This document shows, piece by piece, positions 8,883-17,867 of a stretch of 49,175 nucleotides of DNA. The notes under the pieces are model-generated. The model was not told where the DNA came from, did not search any database, and worked only from the letters and a program-made list of their open reading frames with translations. The first letter of the stretch is position 1; every line of letters begins with the position of its first letter. The translations under genes were made by a program, and so were the position numbers. This DNA comes from Microbacteriaceae bacterium (lineage in GTDB: Bacteria; Actinomycetota; Actinomycetes; Actinomycetales; Microbacteriaceae), in NCBI GenBank assembly GCA_035556395.1, contig DATMFB010000014.1, positions 1 through 49,175 of the forward strand, read 5' to 3'.

Positions 8883-10255
8883 TTCTGACCGAAGGTCCAG
8901 GCGAGGGCGATGCCGAGGCCGAGCAGGCCGACGCAGTACGTCGTGATGAGCCACGACACGAACCGGTTCCGCAAGACGAACGCCACAAGCAGCAGGAATG
9001 CCGGAAGCAACCCGATTCCGTAGCGCGACGGCATATAGAAGTAGCTACCGGTCAGCAGCTGGAACGCGATCGACATGACGGGCGCCGCGAGGAATGCGGC
9101 GAGCACGACGCCGATGACGAGCGCTCGGTGCGGACTCGACCGGCGAAGCAGGAATGCTGCGCCGAGGACACCCGCCACGACGGCCCAGCCGAGCGGCGCA
9201 TAGAGGTATTGCGGGATCACGCTGTCCCATTGCAGGCCGGTCGTCAGGGTGTAGCCGAGGAAGTTCCAGAGCTGCGGTATGAGATTGCCGAGCTCGAGCT
9301 GCGTCGAGATGCCCTGATCGACCCGGTCGGCGCTCGCCGGGATGGAGGCGATGAAGCGCATCCAGACGACCGGCACGACGACCGCGAGCACGCCGGCGAG
9401 TACGGGGAATCCGATGAGCCCGAGCGAGCGTCGATGCGGCTGATCGGGACGCCGCGTCCCGATTCCCGTCCAGGTCGTCCGACGCGCCTCAAGGATGAAC
9501 GCGGTGACGAGCACGAGCAGGACCAGCCCGACGGGCAGCGCGACCGTGACCTTGAACAGCGCACCGACCGCCGCGACTCCGACGGTCCACCAACCGGAGA
9601 TCTCTCCCGCGAGGTATCGAATTGCAAGCCAGAGGAGCATCGCGCCGAAGAAGAGGATGGGCCCGTCGGTTGAGACCCAGCCGTACGACCAGAACGCCAG
9701 CGGCGAGGCGATGAGGACCATGCCGATCGCCAGGATCGCAGCGTTCGACACGGGGAAGCGCCTGAGGATGACGTAGATCACGACGAGCGCTGCGCAGAAC
9801 CAGAGCACGCCGACGAGGCGCCAGCCGAAGAGCGGGTCGACACCGAGCAGCAGCGCGATCCCGTCGCCGACCACTCGGACGATCCAGAACTGGACGGGCG
9901 GATAGGCGGATCCAGATGTCAGCCCGAAATACGGGTAGTCGGCAGGAGGTCCCGGCGCGAACTCGCAGGCGGTACCGAGGGTGCCGTACATGACCTGACC
10001 GGAGCAGGACATGAGGGTCCTCGCCCACTCACCGTATGTCTCGCCCTCACGGACGAACCCCTGGGAGTAGAGCTTGGAGATGTAGTCGAGATAGGCCCAC
10101 TCGTCGATCGGCGACATCGTGCGTCCGTGGACGAGCACGACGGTCGAGAGGTAGACGACGGCGACGGCGACGAGCACGACGATCGGCCAGTGGCGGGCGA
10201 GGAACATCCTCGCCCGCTGACCGGACGACCGTGTCATGTCGATGCCGGCGCTCAT
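8873..10255 (-). CDS. Polytopic membrane protein, paralogue A (GT-C-like glycosyltransferase or polymerase candidate; family unknown)
   Basis: 460 aa from ATG comp. 10255, which forms an ATGA overlap with the upstream paralogue's stop. About 12 hydrophobic segments. Acidic first-loop motif SPIDEWAYLDYISKLYSQGFVREGETYG. Collinear with 10252..11595. Confidence 0.75.
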   Translation of the reverse strand: MSAGIDMTRSSGQRARMFLARHWPIVVLVAVAVVYLSTVVLVHGRTMSPIDEWAYLDYISKLYSQGFVREGETYGEWARTLMSCSGQVMYGTLGTACEFAPGPPADYPYFGLTSGSAYPPVQFWIVRVVGDGIALLLGVDPLFGWRLVGVLWFCAALVVIYVILRRFPVSNAAILAIGMVLIASPLAFWSYGWVSTDGPILFFGAMLLWLAIRYLAGEISGWWTVGVAAVGALFKVTVALPVGLVLLVLVTAFILEARRTTWTGIGTRRPDQPHRRSLGLIGFPVLAGVLAVVVPVVWMRFIASIPASADRVDQGISTQLELGNLIPQLWNFLGYTLTTGLQWDSVIPQYLYAPLGWAVVAGVLGAAFLLRRSSPHRALVIGVVLAAFLAAPVMSIAFQLLTGSYFYMPSRYGIGLLPAFLLLVAFVLRNRFVSWLITTYCVGLLGLGIALAWTFGQNYG

Positions 10256-11595
10256 GGATACAGCCTCGCGAGCTCGGCCGACAGCGAGATCCCGTAGACC
10301 ATGACGACGAGCGCATAGCCGCTGACGATCCATACCGTCGTGCGGTTCCTGATGAGCTGCATGGCCATGAGCAGCATGCCGGGGAGGATGACGATGCCGT
10401 AGCGCGGTGGGATGGAGAAGTAGCTTCCGGTGACGAGTTGGAACACGACGGCCATCACGGGAGCCGCGAGGACCGCGGCGATCGCGACGGCGATCGTGAG
10501 TGCGACGTCTCGGCTCCCGCGCCGGAGCAGGAAGATCGATCCGACCACGCCGACGATCGGGATCCAGCCGAGCGGCAGGTAGAGGTACGTCTGCGCGACC
10601 GAGACGTCGATGCCCGTGCCCATCGTGTGCTGGAGGAAGTTCGAGAACTGCTGGAGCAGCGCAGGCGGCGTGAGCCCGTAGCTGATGCCCTGGTCGACGC
10701 CGGTGTCGCTGACGCGGAGGAGCGGCTGGAGCCGCATCCAGGCGATCTGCGCCGCGAGCGCTGCGGCGAGGGCGATCGCCGGCCCCCAGATGAGCGCTGC
10801 CGCTGCGGGTCGACCCGATCGACGTCGGATGATGTACCGGACGACCAGGTAGACCAGCACGAGTCCGAGCGCGAGGATCGCCGTGACCTTGACGAGCGTC
10901 GCGATGACCGCGATGACGATGAGCGGCCAGGCCCTCCCCCGCCCCTGCGTGAGGCGGACCCCGAGGAGCAGGATCAGTGCGCCGAAGAACCACGAGGCCG
11001 CGTCGGTCGACACATAGGAGAACGACCAGTACGCGAGCGGAGACGCGACGAACGCGAGCGCGACCGCCAGGAACGGACCGTGCCCGAGCCGCAGCGCACG
11101 TGCGAGCCGGTACAAGACGATCAGGCCGCCGCTCAGCCAGAGGATGCCGACGAGGCGGTACCCCGCGAGCGGAGACACGCCCGGGAGCAGCGCGATCGCG
11201 TCGCCCGCGACGCGCGTGAACCAGAACTGGAAGGGCGGATACGCGGCGGCGCTGTTGACGCCCTGATAGGGGAACAGTGCCGGATCGAGCTGTCCTGAGG
11301 CGCAGGCCGCGCCCAGGACACCGTGGGGGATGATGCCGTGGCAGGCCATCTGCTGTAGCGCCGCCTGCCCGTAGGTCTCACCCTCGTGCACGATTCCCTG
11401 GCTGTAGACCTTCGCGATGTAGTCCAGGAAGCCCCACTCATCGCGTTCCGACATCGTCTGGTCATGCAGCAGCGTTACGGTCGCCATATACGCCACGGCC
11501 ACGAGGATCACCGTGATGATCGACCAATGCCCGATCGCGAACCGCTCGACCCGCCCCCAGGCGTGAGCGATCAGGGCACGGGGAGCCGTCGTCAT
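10252..11595 (-). CDS. Polytopic membrane protein, paralogue B (GT-C-like glycosyltransferase or polymerase candidate; family unknown)
   Basis: 447 aa. SERDEWGFLDYIAKVYSQGIVHEGETYG, AYPPFQFWFTRVAGDAIALLPGV, ASPLAYWSFSYVSTD, VDQGIS, and AAPVMAVVFQLVTGSYFSIPPRYGI. All are shared with paralogue A. Confidence 0.8.
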   Translation of the reverse strand: MTTAPRALIAHAWGRVERFAIGHWSIITVILVAVAYMATVTLLHDQTMSERDEWGFLDYIAKVYSQGIVHEGETYGQAALQQMACHGIIPHGVLGAACASGQLDPALFPYQGVNSAAAYPPFQFWFTRVAGDAIALLPGVSPLAGYRLVGILWLSGGLIVLYRLARALRLGHGPFLAVALAFVASPLAYWSFSYVSTDAASWFFGALILLLGVRLTQGRGRAWPLIVIAVIATLVKVTAILALGLVLVYLVVRYIIRRRSGRPAAAALIWGPAIALAAALAAQIAWMRLQPLLRVSDTGVDQGISYGLTPPALLQQFSNFLQHTMGTGIDVSVAQTYLYLPLGWIPIVGVVGSIFLLRRGSRDVALTIAVAIAAVLAAPVMAVVFQLVTGSYFSIPPRYGIVILPGMLLMAMQLIRNRTTVWIVSGYALVVMVYGISLSAELARLYP

Positions 11596-11669
11596 CGCGA
11601 CCAGTATAGGGAGCAGGCCGATCGTGGCATCCGGGATGCGCGTCGCGCCCGAACTAGACTTCCAGCCGT

Positions 11670-12578
11670 ATGACCGCCGACATCCGGGATGGGATCACCG
11701 CGTACCTGCAGGGCGGGATCGGGAACCAGCTCTTCATCCTCGCCGCCGCCTGGGCACAGGCGCGGCGTCTCGACGTGCCCCTCTATATCGACGCCTCGCG
11801 GTTCATCGCCCCCGATCCGCTCGAGCGCCCCGAGACGCGACACCCGTTCACGCTCCAGCGCTACACGCTGCCTGGCGTCGTGCTCGAGGAGACCTCGCCC
11901 TGGTATCGCAACTCGCCGCGGCGCCCGGTCCCGATCCGCGTACCCGGCCGGGGCTCGTGGCGACTGCCGGTACACCGGTACACGGGCCTCGGCTACGACG
12001 AGCGCATCGAGCAGGTCCGGCCGGGCACGACGCTGCTCGGGTACTTCCAGTCGCCCCGCTATTTCGAACGAGTGGCGGACGACATGGCGGACATGATGAC
12101 GGGCGTCCTTCCATCGGCCTCGGAATCACCGATCCTGGCTCGGATCGACGAAGATCCGCGTGCGACGCTGCACGTGCGCCGCGGCGACTATCTCGATGCC
12201 GCCACTCGGCGCCACCACGGACTCGCCGAGCCGCAGTACTTCGAGCGATCCGTCGAGCTGCTGCAGGCACTCGGCCGCTGGACGGGTGGCCGGGTCTACT
12301 CCGACAGCCCCGACATCGTCACCGACGAGCTCTCGACGATCCCCGATCTCGAGTTCGTCCGCGACTCCCGGGCGCTGGACGAGCCGACGACTCTGCTCGC
12401 GATGTCGACGGGCACGGCGTTCGTCATGAGCAACTCGTCCTTCAGCTGGTGGGCCGCGTGGCTCATGTCGCGACGCACCGACGCCCCCGTCATCGCACCG
12501 CGGCCGTGGGTGGCATCCGGCGCCGCGGCCGCAGACCTCCTGGATCCCGCCTGGATCACGCTCGGCGCGAGCGCATGA
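11670..12578 (+). CDS. GT11-family alpha-1,2-fucosyltransferase
   Basis: 302 aa. All three GT11 signature regions are present: GGIGNQLFILAAAWA, LHVRRGDYL, and MSNSSFSWWAAWL. Confidence 0.85.
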   Translation: MTADIRDGITAYLQGGIGNQLFILAAAWAQARRLDVPLYIDASRFIAPDPLERPETRHPFTLQRYTLPGVVLEETSPWYRNSPRRPVPIRVPGRGSWRLPVHRYTGLGYDERIEQVRPGTTLLGYFQSPRYFERVADDMADMMTGVLPSASESPILARIDEDPRATLHVRRGDYLDAATRRHHGLAEPQYFERSVELLQALGRWTGGRVYSDSPDIVTDELSTIPDLEFVRDSRALDEPTTLLAMSTGTAFVMSNSSFSWWAAWLMSRRTDAPVIAPRPWVASGAAAADLLDPAWITLGASA

Positions 12579-13870
12579 CGAGCACCGGTCCGATCCCCCT
12601 GCCCACGGTCGGCCCGAACCGGCGCCAGGAGACCTCGGCACTGCTCGCGAGCACGGTCCTGCGCAATGTGGCGCAGATCGTCATCATCTGGCTCCTCGCG
12701 ACCCTGACGAATCCCGAGACCGTCGGACGATACGCCCTCGTACTCGCGATCGCGACGCCCGTCTTCGTGGTCGCCCAACTCGGGATCCGCGGCATCTACC
12801 TGACCCACGCGCAGCCGATCGCGCTTCGCTCCTACGTCCTCGTCCAGCTGGCATTCCTCCTCGCCGCGGGAATCATCACGATCTCGGCGGCAGCGGTCTT
12901 CAACCCGTCGCTCGTCCTGCTCGCGCTGTTCGTGAGCGGGGCGAAGGCATCGGATGCGCTCGCAGAGCCCTTCTCCGGTGTCGCGCAGCGCTTCCATCGC
13001 ACGTCGCTCGTCCTCGTCTGCAGCACGCTCGTCGCCGTCGTCGGCAGCGGAGCCCTCGCCCTCACACTCATCCTGACGTCGTCGCTCGAGCTCGCGACCC
13101 TCGCGTTCGCCGTCATCAGCCTCCTCAGCACCGCAATTGCACTCGCCGTACCCGCGACGAGGATCGCGCGCACGCGCGAGTCGAACCAGGCGATGCTCTC
13201 CCTCGCAGGATCGTGGCGATTCATCTTGGCGGCCGGGCTCCCGCTCGGCGTCTCGACCGGTCTGCTGCAGCTCATCACCTCTGCGCCGCAATACGTCCTC
13301 GATCAGACGATGGGTGCGGCGGACGTCGGACGACTCGCAGTGCTCATCTACGCCTATGCGGTCGCCGACCTCGTAGCCGGCACGCTGTCGATCGCCTGGA
13401 TCCCCCATGCGCAGGACGACTTGCGGCAGCGGCGCGGACGCAGGATGCCGATCACCGGGATCACCCTGCGAGCGATCTCCCGCTGGAGTCTCATCTACAT
13501 CCCGCTCACCGTGGTCGGCCTCGCGTTCGTCTGGTTCGCCTACCCGTTCGTCTTCGGCGAGGCCTACGCGCTCACCCTCGACGCCGCGATCCCGCTCGGC
13601 ATCGCCGTCCTGTTGCTGCCGGCCGCGAACTTCTCGACCGCGGCGACGATCGTCTCGAACCAGTACGCGCACAGCCTCGCGTTCAGTATCGCCGCCGCCG
13701 TCGCGGGCATCGGTGCCGCACTCCTGCTCGTGCCCATCGCCGGAATCGCCGGGGCGATCTGGGCGATGGCGATCGGCAACGCTGTGCGTGCGATCGCCGC
13801 GTTCCTCATCGTCGCGTTCGGGGAGTCGCGCGAGGCCCGGCGGCGGATCGTCCCGGAATCCGGATCCTAG
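12575..13870 (+). CDS. wzx: Polysaccharide flippase, Wzx-like (MOP superfamily)
   Basis: ATG 12575 overlaps the fucosyltransferase stop (ATGA). 431 aa with about 12 hydrophobic helices. N-terminus LLASTVLRNVAQIVIIWLLATLTNPETVGRYALVLAIATPVFVVAQLGIRGIYLT is typical of Wzx/RfbX proteins. The 5' part of ORF 11624..13870 is rejected. Confidence 0.6.
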   Translation: MTSTGPIPLPTVGPNRRQETSALLASTVLRNVAQIVIIWLLATLTNPETVGRYALVLAIATPVFVVAQLGIRGIYLTHAQPIALRSYVLVQLAFLLAAGIITISAAAVFNPSLVLLALFVSGAKASDALAEPFSGVAQRFHRTSLVLVCSTLVAVVGSGALALTLILTSSLELATLAFAVISLLSTAIALAVPATRIARTRESNQAMLSLAGSWRFILAAGLPLGVSTGLLQLITSAPQYVLDQTMGAADVGRLAVLIYAYAVADLVAGTLSIAWIPHAQDDLRQRRGRRMPITGITLRAISRWSLIYIPLTVVGLAFVWFAYPFVFGEAYALTLDAAIPLGIAVLLLPAANFSTAATIVSNQYAHSLAFSIAAAVAGIGAALLLVPIAGIAGAIWAMAIGNAVRAIAAFLIVAFGESREARRRIVPESGS

Positions 13871-13879
13871 ACTCGCCGC

Positions 13880-14737
13880 ATGCCCAGACACGTCGTCGCC
13901 GTCGTCGCGGCGTTCCGGCCGGACGACGGCTTCCGCGAGCGCGTCCGGGTCCTGCTCGAGCAGGTCGAATCGGTCGTGATCGTCGATGACGGCTCCGGCG
14001 TGCCGCCGATCGCTGAGGAGCGCATCGACTGGATCGCGCACCCGACCAATCTCGGCATCGGCGCGGCGCTCAATACCGGCGTGGCCCGCGCCCGCTCGCT
14101 CGGCGCGACGCACGTGCTGACGCTCGATCAGGACACGCTGCTCCATCCCGACTACGTCGCGAGCGTCTCAGGGGCATTCGATGCCGCGACGATCACTCGA
14201 GCCGGGGTCGCGGTCGCCGACGTCATCAACGGCGTGGCATCGATTCCGACCTGGCACTCCCCGGAGGGCCTCCCGCTCGCACCCGAGGCCATCCAGAGCG
14301 GAATGCTGGTCTCCGTCGACTGCATCGACGACGCCGGGGCCTTCGACGAACGGCTCTTCATCGATAGCGTCGACCGCGAGTTCTGCCACCGCATCCGCGA
14401 GCGGGGCTGGGCCGTCGTGATCGCGTCAGGCGCCTCGATCGAGCACGAGATCGGCCGACTCGAGCCGCTGCGAGCCGGAGGCTCCTACGAGTGGCACGCG
14501 CCGTTCCGCCAGTACTACATCGCACGCAACGGCGTGATTGTCGCGCGGCGCTTCCGGCATGCGGAACGCGAATGGTCGAACGCGATGCTGCGCGCCACCT
14601 TCGATGAAGCGAGGAAGCTCGTGCGCAACGGTCCACGTCGCGCCAAGCACGCACTGGCCAGCGGGATCGGTGTCCTACACGGCCTCGTCGGTGTCGGCGG
14701 CCGGATCCCCCGGACTCTGGAGAGGCTGCTTCGCTGA
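13880..14737 (+). CDS. Glycosyltransferase family 2 (rhamnosyltransferase-like)
   Basis: 285 aa. VVAVVAAFRPDDGF, VVIVDDGSG, NLGIGAALNTGV, and LTLDQDT. Confidence 0.78.
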   Translation: MPRHVVAVVAAFRPDDGFRERVRVLLEQVESVVIVDDGSGVPPIAEERIDWIAHPTNLGIGAALNTGVARARSLGATHVLTLDQDTLLHPDYVASVSGAFDAATITRAGVAVADVINGVASIPTWHSPEGLPLAPEAIQSGMLVSVDCIDDAGAFDERLFIDSVDREFCHRIRERGWAVVIASGASIEHEIGRLEPLRAGGSYEWHAPFRQYYIARNGVIVARRFRHAEREWSNAMLRATFDEARKLVRNGPRRAKHALASGIGVLHGLVGVGGRIPRTLERLLR

Positions 14738-15682
14738 CGGAAGCGGCCCAAGCGCCGCGGGTTCGACGTCGACAGCCGCGAGCGTCGCCCGACGATGTCC
14801 GACCCACTTCGACACGACGTAGCCAGGGTTCACGAAGAGCCATCGCAGTCGAGTGAACAGGCCCCATTGCCGATCCCGGACGATCCTGACCGAGTCGCGC
14901 AGCGCGCCGCCGAGGACGAGACGCACGACCTTGCCGCGCGTCATCGGCGGGATCGACGTCCCGATCCGACGCAGTCCGGTCGTCTCCTCATACGCGCGTC
15001 GGCCGGCCTCGCGGATGGTCATGTCGTTCGAGTGGATGACGGCAGCGCGTGGCGTGTAGGCCTTGCGCAGGCCCGCGGTGAGGACGTCTCGGCCGAAGAG
15101 CTGGTCCTCGGCGTATGAGACGTCCCGATAGGGCACCGCACCGGTGAGCACCCCGCGTCTCGCTGCCGAGTTGACGTCCGAGTAGAACGCGGCGGACTCG
15201 AACTCGGCCCTGGACGCGAACGCACCTGAGTCGCGGAACACGCTCGTGCCGAACTCCGGCCCAAGGCGAGCGAAGGTGCCGAGGATCTCGTACTTCAGCA
15301 TCGGATGGCAGTGCGGCCGGGGCACCTGCCGCCCGAGTACGGCGACGATCCGGTCGTCGTCGATCATCGGAGCCAAGATCTCGGCGAGCCACGTGTCGGA
15401 TGCCGGGGTCGCATCGTGCGTGAGATAGGCAACGTACTCTCCCGTGGCGAGTCGCGCTGCGAGATCGCGGGTGCGTCCGTGGCCGAACTCCTGATTGGGT
15501 ATGCGATGCAGGCGGACGCGCGGATGGGCTGCCACGATCTCGAGCGTCCGATCGCTCGACCCCGAGTCGATCACGAGGATCTCGACCTCGCCGGCGACCG
15601 CCTGGCGCTCGACGGCGACGAGGATCTCGTCGAGGTAGCGCTCGCCGTTGTAGGTCAGTATCGCGACCGTCGCGAGCGTCAC
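14675..15682 (-). CDS. Glycosyltransferase family 2
   Basis: 335 aa, with the GTG start overlapping the upstream stop (GTGA). VAILTYNGERYLDEILVAVERQ, ILVIDSGSSDRT, and YLTHDATP. Confidence 0.8.
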   Translation of the reverse strand: MTLATVAILTYNGERYLDEILVAVERQAVAGEVEILVIDSGSSDRTLEIVAAHPRVRLHRIPNQEFGHGRTRDLAARLATGEYVAYLTHDATPASDTWLAEILAPMIDDDRIVAVLGRQVPRPHCHPMLKYEILGTFARLGPEFGTSVFRDSGAFASRAEFESAAFYSDVNSAARRGVLTGAVPYRDVSYAEDQLFGRDVLTAGLRKAYTPRAAVIHSNDMTIREAGRRAYEETTGLRRIGTSIPPMTRGKVVRLVLGGALRDSVRIVRDRQWGLFTRLRWLFVNPGYVVSKWVGHRRATLAAVDVEPAALGPLPSAKQPLQSPGDPAADTDEAV

Positions 15683-16605
15683 GGCGTCCTACCGACCAGG
15701 TCAGCCCACGTCGCGGCGATGCCGTCCTCGAGATCGACAAGCTCGGGAGCACCGAACTCGTCGCGGAACCTGGTCGTGTCGAGCACGACCCGCTCGACAA
15801 ATGTCGGCGGGACGGGCCGTCGCTCGATGCTCGGCTCGCTCCCGGTCACACGTGCGATGACGTCGACGAGCTCCGAGATGGTCACGCCGCGACCACTGCC
15901 GATGTTGTAGAGGTCGCGCTTCGGCTCGCCCTCGACGACCCGCACGATCATCGCCGCAACGTCCTCGACCGCGACGAAGTCCCGGACCATCGACCCGTCT
16001 CCGAGCACCGTGAGCGGGCGCTGCGCGAGGACATCGTGCAGGAAGATCGGGATGACTCCCTGGCGACGCCCTGCGCCCTGCCTGGGTCCGTAGGGGTTCG
16101 AGATCCGCAGCGCGACCGACTCCAGCCCGGAACGGCGCCTGAAGTACCGCAGGTAGCCCTCGATCGCGAGCTTGCCGATCGCATACGGCGAGATCGGACG
16201 TGGCGCGAGCTCCTCGCTCATGACGGCGACGTCCTGGTCGCCGTAGATCGCGCCGCCGGTCGAGGCGAACACCACGCGCTTGACCCCCGCGTCGACCGCG
16301 AGCTGGAAGAGCTCGATGCTCGCCGGCAGATTCGTCCGGAGGTCGAGCGCTGGCTCGTCCTCGACCGTCGCGGGCGTCGTCGTGGACACGAGGTGAATGA
16401 TCTGCTCGTGGCCCGCGACCGCCGCCGCCAGATCGGCGCGATTGAGCACGTCGCCGACACAGCGTTCCACACCCGACGCGGTGTAGCGGACCAGGCCCCC
16501 GGAGAAGCGATCGAGTACCGTGACGCGATGTCCGCGCGCGGCGAGCGCGTCGACCACGTGCGAACCGATGAAGCCATTGCCGCCGATGACGAGGACGCTG
16601 CTCAT
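15679..16605 (-). CDS. NAD-dependent sugar-nucleotide epimerase/dehydratase (extended SDR)
   Basis: Start at [21 protein letters not shown] (ATG comp. 16605, ATGA overlap with the upstream stop). YAIGKLAIE is the YxxxK motif. Confidence 0.85.
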   Translation of the reverse strand: MSSVLVIGGNGFIGSHVVDALAARGHRVTVLDRFSGGLVRYTASGVERCVGDVLNRADLAAAVAGHEQIIHLVSTTTPATVEDEPALDLRTNLPASIELFQLAVDAGVKRVVFASTGGAIYGDQDVAVMSEELAPRPISPYAIGKLAIEGYLRYFRRRSGLESVALRISNPYGPRQGAGRRQGVIPIFLHDVLAQRPLTVLGDGSMVRDFVAVEDVAAMIVRVVEGEPKRDLYNIGSGRGVTISELVDVIARVTGSEPSIERRPVPPTFVERVVLDTTRFRDEFGAPELVDLEDGIAATWADLVGRTP

Positions 16606-17813
16606 CGCATCCCCCTCTCGAACGCTCGCAGGAACTGCTCCCCGGCAGCTTCCCACGACGCGCCCTGCACACTCGCTGCAGCTCGCTGGGAACGCGCAAC
16701 CGGATCGGGATCGTTGAGCACGGCGAGCAACGCCTCGGCGAGCGCGGACGGGATCGGCTCGGTGTACACGATCTCCGGATGGTCGGCGACCAGACGGTTG
16801 TTCGGCGCATCGTTGACGATGGGGATCGTGCCGGCGGCGAGGAGCTCGAGCGGCAGCAGCGAGAGATTGCTGAAGGACAGCACGAGCGCCACCGCACAGC
16901 GGTTATAGATCGGACCGAGATCCTCGACTGACAGGCCGTGAAGATTGCGGTGCGGGAACGGGACCTCGAGCCCCCCCAGGTCCTCCCCCACGAGATTGAT
17001 TGTCACGTCCGGTCGTGCCTTCGCGACAAGGTCGAGCGCCATCAGGCCGAGCCCGAGTCCGCGCCGCTCGGTCGTACGGCGGGCGTAGAACAGGACCTCG
17101 GTCCGTGGTCCCATGTCGTCGAGCAGACGATAGTGATCCGGGTCCGCTCCGAAGTCGAAACGGTCGGCCATCATCCCGTAGTCCTCGCGGAGCTTGTGCT
17201 CGAGCCAACCGCCCGCGGTGATCCCGCGGAACCCGAATCGGTAGGTCGCCTCCGCGAGCGCCGACGACGTGCCGGCGCCGGTGAACCAGGGCTCGAAGTC
17301 CTGCACGAAGTAAAAGCGTCGAGCCGGCGACGCGCTCCGGAACGAAGGGTATGCCGTCTCCCAGCCTGTCGCGACGATCGCGTCGATGTCCGGCGACGGC
17401 TCACCCTCCCACAGTCGGAACTCGGCATCGCTCGGCGCGTACGACGGCGAATCTCGCACCACTGATTCCGAGGCAGCGACGGAGTTGCCAGGCTCGTTCG
17501 AATAGAGGTAGACGACATTGCGGTGGCCGGCCTGCTCGAGCACTCGCATGAAGCGGAAGAGGTTCTGGTGCCCACCTGAGTTCTGACCGGGAGGCGACAT
17601 GATCCATGCGACTGTCCAGGGTCCGTCCCCGCGATCGGATGGATTCGCCACGGCCGGATGCGGTAACCGCCAGTCGACGGCCTGCGCGTCGTCGAAGCGC
17701 ACCAGCCCGATACCGCGATCGTCGCCCCGACCGAGCCGAGACCCGAGCCGCTGGAGCACCTCGCGCACGCCCTGCTCGCGGAGCACTCGGAACGCCTTGC
17801 CGACCAGACCCAT
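16602..17813 (-). CDS. WsaF-like (GT4-related) glycosyltransferase, putative rhamnosyltransferase
   Basis: Start at MGLVGKAF (ATG comp. 17813). WTVAWIMSPPGQNSGGHQNLFRFMRVLEQAGH resembles the WsaF N-terminal motif, and the C-terminus has SLLPLELLAAGTIPIVND. The upstream 245 codons of ORF 16602..18548 are antisense to the next gene and are rejected. Confidence 0.7.
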   Translation of the reverse strand: MGLVGKAFRVLREQGVREVLQRLGSRLGRGDDRGIGLVRFDDAQAVDWRLPHPAVANPSDRGDGPWTVAWIMSPPGQNSGGHQNLFRFMRVLEQAGHRNVVYLYSNEPGNSVAASESVVRDSPSYAPSDAEFRLWEGEPSPDIDAIVATGWETAYPSFRSASPARRFYFVQDFEPWFTGAGTSSALAEATYRFGFRGITAGGWLEHKLREDYGMMADRFDFGADPDHYRLLDDMGPRTEVLFYARRTTERRGLGLGLMALDLVAKARPDVTINLVGEDLGGLEVPFPHRNLHGLSVEDLGPIYNRCAVALVLSFSNLSLLPLELLAAGTIPIVNDAPNNRLVADHPEIVYTEPIPSALAEALLAVLNDPDPVARSQRAAASVQGASWEAAGEQFLRAFERGMR

Positions 17814-17867
17814 CGCGATCGAGCATAGCGACGATCCATGCCCGAATCCGAGCGGTAACGTGGTGCC

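Noticed and set aside
8873-11595. Possibility that the two adjacent membrane-protein genes are one gene split by a frameshift (pseudogene)
   Set aside because: Each ORF is a full-length copy with its own N-terminal TM1 plus DEW-loop and C-terminal TGSYF..RYGI block. They are therefore tandem paralogues, not two halves of one protein.
12296-14146. 616-aa minus-strand ORF antisense to the Wzx-like flippase and neighbouring genes. Similar long antisense ORFs occur at 3558..4826, 10036..11298, 20129..21727, 21600..22808, 46576..48198 and 47633..48973.
   Set aside because: All are Arg/Asp/Glu/Gly/Pro-rich and motif-free, and each lies opposite a confidently identified enzyme or membrane-protein gene (gmd, paralogue B, GtrB-like GT2, rmlB/rmlD and others). 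They are high-G+C antisense artefacts.
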